NCBI GenBank assembly: GCA_041640655.1
Contig: JBEPZV010000003.1
Location: 64,001-128,000, forward strand
Direction: 5' to 3'
DNA from: a bacterium
Lineage (GTDB): Bacteria; Acidobacteriota; Blastocatellia; HR10
Length of the DNA: 64,000 nucleotides
This document shows positions 56,410 to 64,000 of this stretch, one piece after another. The notes below the pieces were generated by a model that did not search any database, was not told the DNA's origin, and was given only the letters and a program-made list of their open reading frames with translations. The position numbers and the translations under genes are program-made. Every line of letters starts with the position of its first letter. Positions within the stretch are counted from its first letter, which is position 1.

Positions 56410-57831
56410 TCAGTCCTCCCAGTGCTCTTCTCCATCGAAATGGAGGACGAGCGGTTCGCCATCCACGACCGTCTCCAAGTGCACGTCGCGTCCCCAGAGC
56501 TTGTAGACGTACTCCAGGGTCTTCTTGGCGTACTCAATGTCGAGTTCGATCCCCTCGTATCGGTGGCGCAGATAGAGCTCTCGGTTCCCGTTGTAATCCC
56601 CATCGAGCACTTCGATGACGGGGAAGCCGAAGTTCGTCATGTCGGCGACCATCTGGTCGCGCACGCGCTCCCAGGTCTTATCGGTGATCACCCATTCCTC
56701 TTCGTCCCGCAGCTCGAAGATGTAGAGATCCAAGTCTTCGACCAGTTGCCGGGTCAGGTAATTCCGGATGAACGAGATGTCGTTCTCCAACTGGCGGACC
56801 TCGAAGATCTTCTCTCGCCCCTTCCCCGGTTCGCGTCCGAATTTCTCGATCTCTTCGGGAGTCGGATGATCCCACCGCCGCTCGATGTCCTCGAAGATCT
56901 TGAACCCGACGTAGTAGGGATTGAGGCTCCCCTTGCGAGGGGAGACGACGGCCGCGTGCAACTGGGCGAATTCGACGAATTCTTCATCGCTGAGGTCCAG
57001 CTCCCGGAGGATGCGCGTGTGCCAGTAGCTGGCCCAGCCCTCGTTCATGATCTTCGTCTGCAGTTGGGGGACGAAATATTCCATCTCCTCGTGAATCATC
57101 GCCATGATGTCGCGCTGCCAGGGTTCCAACACCGGCGAGTGTGTCATGATGAAGCGCACCAGATCCTTCTCCGGTCGGGGGGGGATACGACGCAGCGCGT
57201 CCTCCTCTTCCTCCACCGTGGAGACCTTCTCCTTCTTCAGCTCATCCAGGGCGAAGAGGTCATCGTACTTCCCGGGCTTGGGCGCGGGCGTCTTCGGCTT
57301 CTCCGGAGCCTCGGCGCGTTCCTCCCGGATGAAGAGATCGGGATTGATGTGCTCCTGGATCGAGAGTACGGCATCGAGGAACTCTTCGACCGTCTTCCGC
57401 CCGTACTTGAACTCGTACTCGCGGATCCGCTCGGCGTGCGTCACCGCCTCGTCCACCATCCGACGGTTCGTGCGGGAGAAGTAGATGTTGTTCTTGAAGA
57501 AGTCCACGTGGGCGATCACGTGGGCGATGATCATCTTGTTCTGGATGAGGGAATTCCCTTCCAGGAGGAAGGCGTAGGCCGGATTCGCATTGATCACGAC
57601 CTCGTAGAGCTTGGAGAGGCCCAGATCGTACATGAGCTTCATCTTATGATAGGCCTTGCCGAAACTCCAATGCGAGTAGCGTCCCGGCAGAGCGTAGGAT
57701 CCGATCTCGTAGATCACCGTCGCCGGGACGATCTCGAAGTGGATGGGGAAGGGGTCCAGGCCCAGTTCGCACGCCTTCTCCCAGATCTGCTCGATCGCCT
57801 TCTCCAGGACCTTGATCTCCGCGTCGCTCAT
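56410..57831 (-). CDS. spoVR: SpoVR/YcgB family protein
   Basis: [52 protein letters not shown]. Confidence 0.95.
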   Translation of the reverse strand: MSDAEIKVLEKAIEQIWEKACELGLDPFPIHFEIVPATVIYEIGSYALPGRYSHWSFGKAYHKMKLMYDLGLSKLYEVVINANPAYAFLLEGNSLIQNKMIIAHVIAHVDFFKNNIYFSRTNRRMVDEAVTHAERIREYEFKYGRKTVEEFLDAVLSIQEHINPDLFIREERAEAPEKPKTPAPKPGKYDDLFALDELKKEKVSTVEEEEDALRRIPPRPEKDLVRFIMTHSPVLEPWQRDIMAMIHEEMEYFVPQLQTKIMNEGWASYWHTRILRELDLSDEEFVEFAQLHAAVVSPRKGSLNPYYVGFKIFEDIERRWDHPTPEEIEKFGREPGKGREKIFEVRQLENDISFIRNYLTRQLVEDLDLYIFELRDEEEWVITDKTWERVRDQMVADMTNFGFPVIEVLDGDYNGNRELYLRHRYEGIELDIEYAKKTLEYVYKLWGRDVHLETVVDGEPLVLHFDGEEHWED

Positions 57832-58988
57832 ACGGTCTCTCCACGCCGACCGAAGAAGGCTTTCAGGGCCGGATAGACATCCTCTTTCCGATCGATCCGA
57901 ACGCCCACGAAGCGATCCTTGTTCTTGAGGCGCTCGTTGAAGATGGAGAGCAGCGCGCCGCCGGAGCGCCGATAGCCAGCGTACTCCTCCTCGCCGATCT
58001 CGCCGTAGCCGAAGAGGTTGCAGGTGGCGATCAGCTCGTCAGCCAGGCGAACCGCCTCGTCATTGTCCGAGTAGTAGTTATCGCCGTCGGAGAAGTGGAA
58101 GGGATAGATGTTCCAGTCCTTGGGGTTGAACCGCTCGCGGATGATCTCCAGCGCGAGGCGATAGGCCGAGCTGACGACCGTGCCGCCCGATTCCCCTTGG
58201 GTGAAGAACTGCTCCTCGGTCACCTCCTTCGCCTCCGTGTGATGCGTGATGAAGACGACCTTCACGTTGTCGTATTTCGTCCGCAGGAAGCGCACCATCC
58301 AGAAGTAGAAGGAACGCGCGATGTACTTCTTGAACTCCCCCATGGAGCCGGAGACGTCCATCATGGCGATGACGACGGCGTTGGTCTCGTAGCGGATCTC
58401 CTCATCCCAACTCTTGAAGCGCAGATCCTCCTTGCGCAGCGGACCGATTCGGGCCGTGCCCGTCTCCTTCGCCATGCGCTTCATGTTCTCCAAGAGCGTC
58501 CGGCGCTTATCGAGGTGGGGGAGGATGCCCGTCTTGCGCACTTCGCCGAAGCGAAGCTGGCGGGAGTGCACGGCCTGCTTGCTCTTCTCCTCCAGGTAGG
58601 GGAGTTCGAGGTCCTCGAAGATGAGCTTGGCGATCTCATCAATCTCGACCTCGGCTTCGTAGTAATCCACGCCCGGCTGATCGCCCGCGCCAGGGCCGCG
58701 TCCGGGGCCCTGCCCCTCTCCCTCGCGCGCGATCACGTCGCCCACGCGGGAGCCGCCCGGGCCTTGCCCGACGTGCTTCTTCTTGCGGTAGTCGTATCGG
58801 AACTTGTACTCCTCCAGCGAGCGGATCGGGATGCGAATGGTCTTCTTCCCATCCGAGAGGATGATGGACTCGTTGGCGACGATGGAGCCGAGATTCCTTC
58901 GAATCGCCTCGCGGACGCGCTCCTTATGGCGCTCCTGATCGAGGTATCCCTTACGTTGCAGCGACCAATCATGCCGATGAACGAGCAT
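57828..58988 (-). CDS. yhbH: YhbH/YeaH (DUF444) VWA-type protein
   Basis: [41 protein letters not shown]. Confidence 0.93.
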   Translation of the reverse strand: MLVHRHDWSLQRKGYLDQERHKERVREAIRRNLGSIVANESIILSDGKKTIRIPIRSLEEYKFRYDYRKKKHVGQGPGGSRVGDVIAREGEGQGPGRGPGAGDQPGVDYYEAEVEIDEIAKLIFEDLELPYLEEKSKQAVHSRQLRFGEVRKTGILPHLDKRRTLLENMKRMAKETGTARIGPLRKEDLRFKSWDEEIRYETNAVVIAMMDVSGSMGEFKKYIARSFYFWMVRFLRTKYDNVKVVFITHHTEAKEVTEEQFFTQGESGGTVVSSAYRLALEIIRERFNPKDWNIYPFHFSDGDNYYSDNDEAVRLADELIATCNLFGYGEIGEEEYAGYRRSGGALLSIFNERLKNKDRFVGVRIDRKEDVYPALKAFFGRRGETV

Positions 58989-59032
58989 CGGACATCCTCC
59001 CCACGGGCGCGCGCGAGGGGCCCGACGCGCCC

Positions 59033-60967
59033 TCAGGCTCGCGAGAGCAAGGAGCCGACGTAGTTGAGCAGCTCATTGGCGCACACGGAGCAGTAGCCGT
59101 GTTCCCGAATCAACCGATCAATCACCTCGTTGAGGCGTCGGAGCTGATCCGGATCGGCCGTCTTGCTCGTCGTCGTGATGCGCACGACGTCCTTCAGATC
59201 GGCGAAGATCTTCTTCTCGATGGCCTCGCGCAGCCGCTCGTGCGACCGGTAATCGAAGGTCCGCCCCTTGCGCGCGTAGCTGGAGATGCGGATCAGGATC
59301 TCCTGCCGGAAGGCATTCTTCGCGTTCTCGGAGATGCCGATCTGCTCCTCGATCGAGCGCATCAGTTTCTCATCGGGCTCGACCTCCTCCTCCGTGATCG
59401 GGTCCTTGAGCTTCTCCTTATTGCAATAGGCCTCGACGTTATCCAGATATTTATCGCAGAGGGTGCGGGCCATCTCCTCGAAGGAGTAGACGAAAGCGCG
59501 CTGGACCTCATTCTTGGCGATCTCATCATATTCTTTCCGCACCATAGCGATGAGGTTCAGGTAGCGCTCGCGATCCTCGGCGGAGATGCCCGTATGTTGA
59601 TCGAAGCCGTCGCGGATGGCGCGCAGCGCATCAATGGGGGTCAGGCAGGTGATCCCATCGCGCACGAGGGCGCTGGAGAGCCGATTGATGATGTAGCGGG
59701 GCGAGATCCCCTCCATCCCCTCCCGCTCGGCCTCCTCGCGCAGCTCCTTCACGTCTTTGGCCTTGAAGTCGTCCACGTCCTGACCATCGTAGAGCTTCAT
59801 CTTCTTGATGAGGTCGATGTTCTGGCGCTTGGAGGGTTGCAACCGCGTGAGGACGGCGAACATGGCGGCCACTCGCAGCGTGTAGGGCGCGATGTGCACG
59901 TGCTTGGGTGCTTCGCTCTGATCGAGCAACTTCTTGTAGATCTTCTCCTCGTCGGATATGCGCAGATTATACGGCACGCGGATCACGATGATGCGGTCCT
60001 GCAGAGCCTCGTTCTTCTTGTTCGCCACGAAGGCGTTGTACTCGTTCTCGTTCGTGTGCGAGATGATGACCTCGTCGGCGTAGATCATGGCGAAGCGACC
60101 GGTCTTGATGGACTGCTCCTGCGAGAGCGTGAGCAAGCTGTAGAGGAACTTCTCGTCGCATTTGAGCATCTCGATGAACTCCATGATGCCGCGGTTGGCG
60201 ATGTTCAGCTCCCCATCGAAGCGATAGGCGCGGGGATCGGACTCCACGCCGACTTCGCCGATAACGGCCAGATCCACCGATCCCGTCAGCTCCGTGATGT
60301 CCTGGCTCTTGGGGTCGGACGGGGAGAAGGTCCCAATGCCGATGCGCTCCTTCTCGGAGAAGACGATACGCTCGACCAGGACGTCCTCGTGTCGCCCGTG
60401 GTAGACGTGTTCGAGGTTGTACTGGCAGCGGGGACAGAGATCGCCCTCGATGTAGATCCCGTAGTGGCGCTCGATCTCCGGGCGCAGATCGTGCGGGATC
60501 AGATGCAACGGCTCCTCGTGCATGGGACATCCCTTGATCCCGTAGAGGGCGCCCTCATCGGTGCGCGTGTACTGCTCCAGCCCGCGCTTGAGCAGGGTGA
60601 CGATCGTGGACTTGCCGCCGCCCACCGGCCCCATCAGCAGCAGAATGCGCTTGCGCACCTCCAGGCGTTGCGCGGCCGACTTGAAGTACTCGACGATCTT
60701 CTCGATCGCCTCGTCAATGCCGAACAACTCCTTGGAGAAGAACTTGTACCGCGTGACCTCGTTGGGCTGCCCCTCGTTGATCTTCTCCACGCCGGCGGCC
60801 AGGATCATATCGCAGATGCGCGCGTGCGCCAGGCGGGCGATCTTGGGGTTCTGCGTCACCAGCTCGAAGTACTCGCGGAAGGTGCCCTCCCATCGGAGCT
60901 TCTCCCGCTCCCGGCGGTGTCGTTCCAGAAGCTCGGCGATGTTCAGCTTCTTGTTCTTCTCCTCCAT
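59033..60967 (-). CDS. prkA: PrkA/YeaG AAA+ ATPase (annotated serine protein kinase)
   Basis: LLLMGPVGGGKST, CPMHEEPL, SQDI.EL.GS, G.ESDPRAY.FDGELN.ANRG..EF.EM.K; start at MEEK. Confidence 0.96.
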   Translation of the reverse strand: MEEKNKKLNIAELLERHRREREKLRWEGTFREYFELVTQNPKIARLAHARICDMILAAGVEKINEGQPNEVTRYKFFSKELFGIDEAIEKIVEYFKSAAQRLEVRKRILLLMGPVGGGKSTIVTLLKRGLEQYTRTDEGALYGIKGCPMHEEPLHLIPHDLRPEIERHYGIYIEGDLCPRCQYNLEHVYHGRHEDVLVERIVFSEKERIGIGTFSPSDPKSQDITELTGSVDLAVIGEVGVESDPRAYRFDGELNIANRGIMEFIEMLKCDEKFLYSLLTLSQEQSIKTGRFAMIYADEVIISHTNENEYNAFVANKKNEALQDRIIVIRVPYNLRISDEEKIYKKLLDQSEAPKHVHIAPYTLRVAAMFAVLTRLQPSKRQNIDLIKKMKLYDGQDVDDFKAKDVKELREEAEREGMEGISPRYIINRLSSALVRDGITCLTPIDALRAIRDGFDQHTGISAEDRERYLNLIAMVRKEYDEIAKNEVQRAFVYSFEEMARTLCDKYLDNVEAYCNKEKLKDPITEEEVEPDEKLMRSIEEQIGISENAKNAFRQEILIRISSYARKGRTFDYRSHERLREAIEKKIFADLKDVVRITTTSKTADPDQLRRLNEVIDRLIREHGYCSVCANELLNYVGSLLSRA

Positions 60968-61159
60968 AGCCTGCCCTCCTCGCCCTTCCCCGCTCGGGGA
61001 GAACGGGTGGACGTCTCCTGAAGAAAAAAATTCCGGATGTCCAAAGAGCGATTGGTTTGGTCTCGGTCCCAAAGATCGGCGTGTGTGTCCCGCTGTCCGC
61101 GAATTCGTCAATCAGCGCTTGGCATGCTCAGGCTCGACGCGCGAGCCTGATCGCCGGTT

Positions 61160-61188
61160 AGTATACCTGAAATCCGCTCACGGCTCAA
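61160..61188 (-). promoter_or_regulatory. Putative sigma70 promoter of prkA-yhbH-spoVR
   Basis: Minus strand TTGAGC-N17-TATACT overlapping the truB 3' end. Confidence 0.6.
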
Positions 61189-62101
61189 GAACCACGCAGG
61201 GCTGAATCACCCCGCGTTCGGGCCGACTCTCGCCCACGGCCACCAGGTGCTCGCGGTCATCCAGGAGTCGGATGTAAGTCCGCTGCTGGATCCCTCGTCC
61301 GGGGATCGCTTGTCCGTGGCGCACGCGTTGCAGGTCGGGCTCCGAGAGTCGAAGCGTGGGGAGGTCCGGCAGTGCCTCAGCGAGCGGGATGAGCACTTCG
61401 GCGGCCCGGCCCGCGCGGGCGAGCGCCTCGAAGGCGTCCAGCGGCAGCGCGCGCGCCAGTGTGAACTCTCCGACGGCCGTCCGCACGAGCCCATGCAGGT
61501 ACGCTCCGCATCCCAGGCGCTGTCCGATGTCGTGCGCGAGGGCGCGCACATAGGTCCCCGCCGAACAGCGCACGCGGATGGTGAACTCCGCCGTCCCATC
61601 CGCGAAGCGCCGAAGCATCGCCCCGTCATCCTCCACGAGCTCCAGCGCCTCGATCCGCACGCGGATGGGGGAGCGCTCGACGGACTGACCCCGTCGCGCC
61701 AGTTTGTAGAGGCGGACGCCCTCCTTCTTCTTGGCCGAGTACATCGGGGGGATTTGCTCATATTCTCCCCGAAATTCCGCGAGCACGCGTTCGAGGTCCG
61801 CTTCCGAGATCTGCGAGGTGTCGCACACAGGCGTCGTGGGCTTTCCCGTCGCGTCGTAGGTATCGGTGGCGAAGCCCAGCCGCACGCGCGCGCGATACTC
61901 CTTGTCTCGCGCCATGAGGAAGCGTTGCAGTCGCGTGGCTTTCCCCACGCAGAGCACCAGGACGCCCGTGGCGATCGGGTCCAACGTCCCCGTGTGTCCC
62001 ACGCGCTTCATCCGCAGCGCGCGCCGCACGCGCTGGACGACGTCGTGCGAGGTCAGCCCGACCGGCTTATCAATGACCACGAGGCCGTGCAGCTCCATCA
62101 T
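61178..62101 (-). CDS. truB: tRNA pseudouridine(55) synthase
   Basis: DKP.G.TSHDVV, VGHTGTLDP.ATGVL, Q.PP.YSA.K..G.RLY..AR, CSAGTYVR.LA.D.G. Confidence 0.98.
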   Translation of the reverse strand: MMELHGLVVIDKPVGLTSHDVVQRVRRALRMKRVGHTGTLDPIATGVLVLCVGKATRLQRFLMARDKEYRARVRLGFATDTYDATGKPTTPVCDTSQISEADLERVLAEFRGEYEQIPPMYSAKKKEGVRLYKLARRGQSVERSPIRVRIEALELVEDDGAMLRRFADGTAEFTIRVRCSAGTYVRALAHDIGQRLGCGAYLHGLVRTAVGEFTLARALPLDAFEALARAGRAAEVLIPLAEALPDLPTLRLSEPDLQRVRHGQAIPGRGIQQRTYIRLLDDREHLVAVGESRPERGVIQPCVVLEP

Positions 62102-63609
62102 CCGTTCGCTCGTTCTCGAGAGATCACGCGCACGCCCTTTCGCCAATCCTCCGCAATCCCAATTTTATAGACGGGGACGCGCGGGTCAATCCAGCGCGCC
62201 ACCAGATCGAAGGTGGGGTGAAAGCGCAGCAGCGGCGCGATGATGAAGAGGAGCGCTGGCCGATCGGCGATCTCCAGGCCCGGGAAATAGCCGCGTCGTG
62301 TCAGGTCGCCCCGTCGGCGATACCACTCGATCCGCAGCCAATAGTCAACGGCTTGCATGGGCACTTCCGCATCCTCCTCCACTTTCAGCTCCAGGAGCGC
62401 GAGTTGCCGCTCATCGGTGATTCCGAGCAGATCCACGAGCCCGTAGCCTTCGTCGCCGGAGATCGGGACCTGCGGATAGAGGAAGCGTGGATCGAGCCGC
62501 GCGTCCACGCGGCGCACATCTTCGCGGACCAGCTCCTCCAGCCATCGCTCGGCTTGGAGGCGGTAGAAGGGATGCGCCTTCTCCCCGCTCTCCGGATGGC
62601 GAATGCGCGCCACTTCATGCACGAAGCGCGCGAACGCTTCCCAATCCTCGCGCAGCGCCTGCTTCTTGGCGCCGACGCCGAACTGCAGGCCCGCGCGCGA
62701 GAGGCGCGCGATCTCCAGCCCGCGCAGGCGCAGCGATTCCACGGGGGATCCCGGACGCCGATAGACGCGCAGCAGTCCCGGCGCCAGTCCGAGCGCGCGA
62801 TCCCGCAATGGATGCGGCGGGAGTTCGCCGACGGCGCGGGGGAGTCGCAGCGCGCGCGGATCAAAGAGCATCCCTTGATCGAAGGGCGTCACCGCCGCGA
62901 GCGTGCCGCGTCGCTCGTCCACTTCGTACAGCTCGATGTGCCGATCCGCGCGGCGCAGGACGGTCAGGCGCCGCGCGAGAGTCTCCGTCCTTCCGGCGGG
63001 CGCCAGCAGCAGGAGTCGCCGCGCATCCGCCCCTCGCGGAGACGTCGTCGCACATTCCCACCAGATCACGCCGGCGGTCACCAGACCATCCACGTGCGCC
63101 TGCGGCTCGCCCGAATTCACGGCGACGGCGATCACGCGCTCCCCGCCGCGCGTCAGGATCATTCTCGTGTAGATGCCCGAGAGGTGTCGCGCATCATCGC
63201 GATGAGTCGCCGCGTACTCGATGCGCGCGCCCCACTGCTGCTCGATCATCCGGCAGATCGTGGATTCAAAGGCGCGCCGTCGCTCGCGCGCTGCCTCCTC
63301 CGCCGGGGCCTCCACCGGATGAATCTCCAGCGTGCTCGGATGCTGTCGCGGAGGCCGTGCCAGCCGCAGGATCACGCGGTCCTCTCGGATGGCGTAGGCC
63401 TCGATCCGCCAACATTCGGAGAAATCCTCGCCCCAGAGCGTGAGGATCAACTTCCCGAAGGCCGGCGCGATCACGATCTGCTCCCCGCGCGCCCGCATGA
63501 GCGGCCATCCATCAAGTCGGCAGATCCATTCCGACCGACGCGCGAGGAACGCCGAGAGATCGTACTGAGCGCGGGCGAGATCGGAGATCGTCGTGAGATC
63601 GCACCTCAT
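62098..63609 (-). CDS. Hypothetical protein with C-terminal PD-(D/E)xK nuclease-like domain
   Basis: AERWLE, VDLLG....QLALLELK, QAVDYW resembles the NucS/RecB-type nuclease core. Confidence 0.65.
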   Translation of the reverse strand: MRCDLTTISDLARAQYDLSAFLARRSEWICRLDGWPLMRARGEQIVIAPAFGKLILTLWGEDFSECWRIEAYAIREDRVILRLARPPRQHPSTLEIHPVEAPAEEAARERRRAFESTICRMIEQQWGARIEYAATHRDDARHLSGIYTRMILTRGGERVIAVAVNSGEPQAHVDGLVTAGVIWWECATTSPRGADARRLLLLAPAGRTETLARRLTVLRRADRHIELYEVDERRGTLAAVTPFDQGMLFDPRALRLPRAVGELPPHPLRDRALGLAPGLLRVYRRPGSPVESLRLRGLEIARLSRAGLQFGVGAKKQALREDWEAFARFVHEVARIRHPESGEKAHPFYRLQAERWLEELVREDVRRVDARLDPRFLYPQVPISGDEGYGLVDLLGITDERQLALLELKVEEDAEVPMQAVDYWLRIEWYRRRGDLTRRGYFPGLEIADRPALLFIIAPLLRFHPTFDLVARWIDPRVPVYKIGIAEDWRKGVRVISRERANG

Positions 63610-63648
63610 GGGAGAACAGTAGCGACGCGGCGGCCGGCGTCGCGCGCC

Positions 63649-64000
63649 TCACGGTCGCGCCGCCGTCGAGGAAGAGACCGCCGATTCCGCGATGTCCTCG
63701 TGCGGCACGGCTTCGCGATACGCGCATTCCTGCCGGTGGCAATAGTGAATGCGTCCGCCTCGTCGCGTCATCTTCTCGAGCACGAAGGGGCTCCCGCATT
63801 GCGGACAGGCGCGGTTCACCGGACGATCCCAGACGGTGAAGGTGCAATCGGGATACGCGCTGCATCCGTAGAAGAGGCGGCCGCGACGCGAACGTCGGAC
63901 GACCAACTCACCGCGGCATTCGGGTCTCGGGCAGGGAATCCCGAGGGTCTCCGCTTTGACGTACGAGCAAGCCGGTCGCCGGCTGCAGGCGATGTATTCG
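63649..64000 (-). CDS. topA: DNA topoisomerase I, C-terminal zinc ribbons (partial; runs off the window)
   Basis: YIACSRRPACSY, CPRPEC.G..V.RRSRRGR.FYGCSAYPDC.F..W, CPQCG repeats. Confidence 0.85.
   Translation of the reverse strand, partial: EYIACSRRPACSYVKAETLGIPCPRPECRGELVVRRSRRGRLFYGCSAYPDCTFTVWDRPVNRACPQCGSPFVLEKMTRRGGRIHYCHRQECAYREAVPHEDIAESAVSSSTAARP

Noticed and set aside
56410..60967. Evidence of endospore formation
   Set aside because: spoVR/yhbH/prkA homologues are widespread in non-sporulating bacteria, and no other sporulation genes are in the window
1..64000. tRNA, rRNA, CRISPR array, IS/transposase, c-di-AMP (ydaO) riboswitch
   Set aside because: None recognised by eye on either strand; tRNAscan-SE, Infernal and CRISPR-finder runs would be needed to exclude them formally

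Overview
High-GC bacterial chromosomal segment containing the replication origin. Lineage is probably Acidobacteriota, possibly Blastocatellia-like; this is inferred from gene content only (acidobacterial-type VWA protein, carboxypeptidase-regulatory-like proteins). The window opens with parS-parA-parB-bactofilin, then dnaA flanked on both sides by DnaA-box clusters. A complete basal unwinding element (tandem boxes, GGCCC, DnaA-trios, AT-rich tract) sits before dnaN. The rest is mostly housekeeping and accessory genes: ABC exporter, S9 peptidase, nrnA-archease, glpKD, cdaA-cdaR-glmM, bshC plus a JAB peptidase, rubrerythrin/Fe-S oxidoreductase/DUF3501/dps behind a Fur-family box, prkA-yhbH-spoVR, truB and the 3' end of topA. 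No CRISPR array, RNA gene or intact mobile element was recognised. Two regions are the best candidates for undescribed systems. (1) A ~13 kb divergent lipid cluster (33993-47256) looks like a split, expanded version of the myxobacterial Elb ether-lipid machinery, with a degenerate HAD-FAR fusion, a pyruvyl-transferase-like enzyme, a lipid kinase and an unusual 2Fe-2S protein. (2) A promoter-defined operon (53718-56311) joins a cytochrome-less PuuD/DUF989 membrane protein to a divergent DsrEFH/TusBCD-like triplet and a non-canonical TusA. Start codons were chosen by eye from RBS and overlap context. All family calls come from motif recognition, not database searches.
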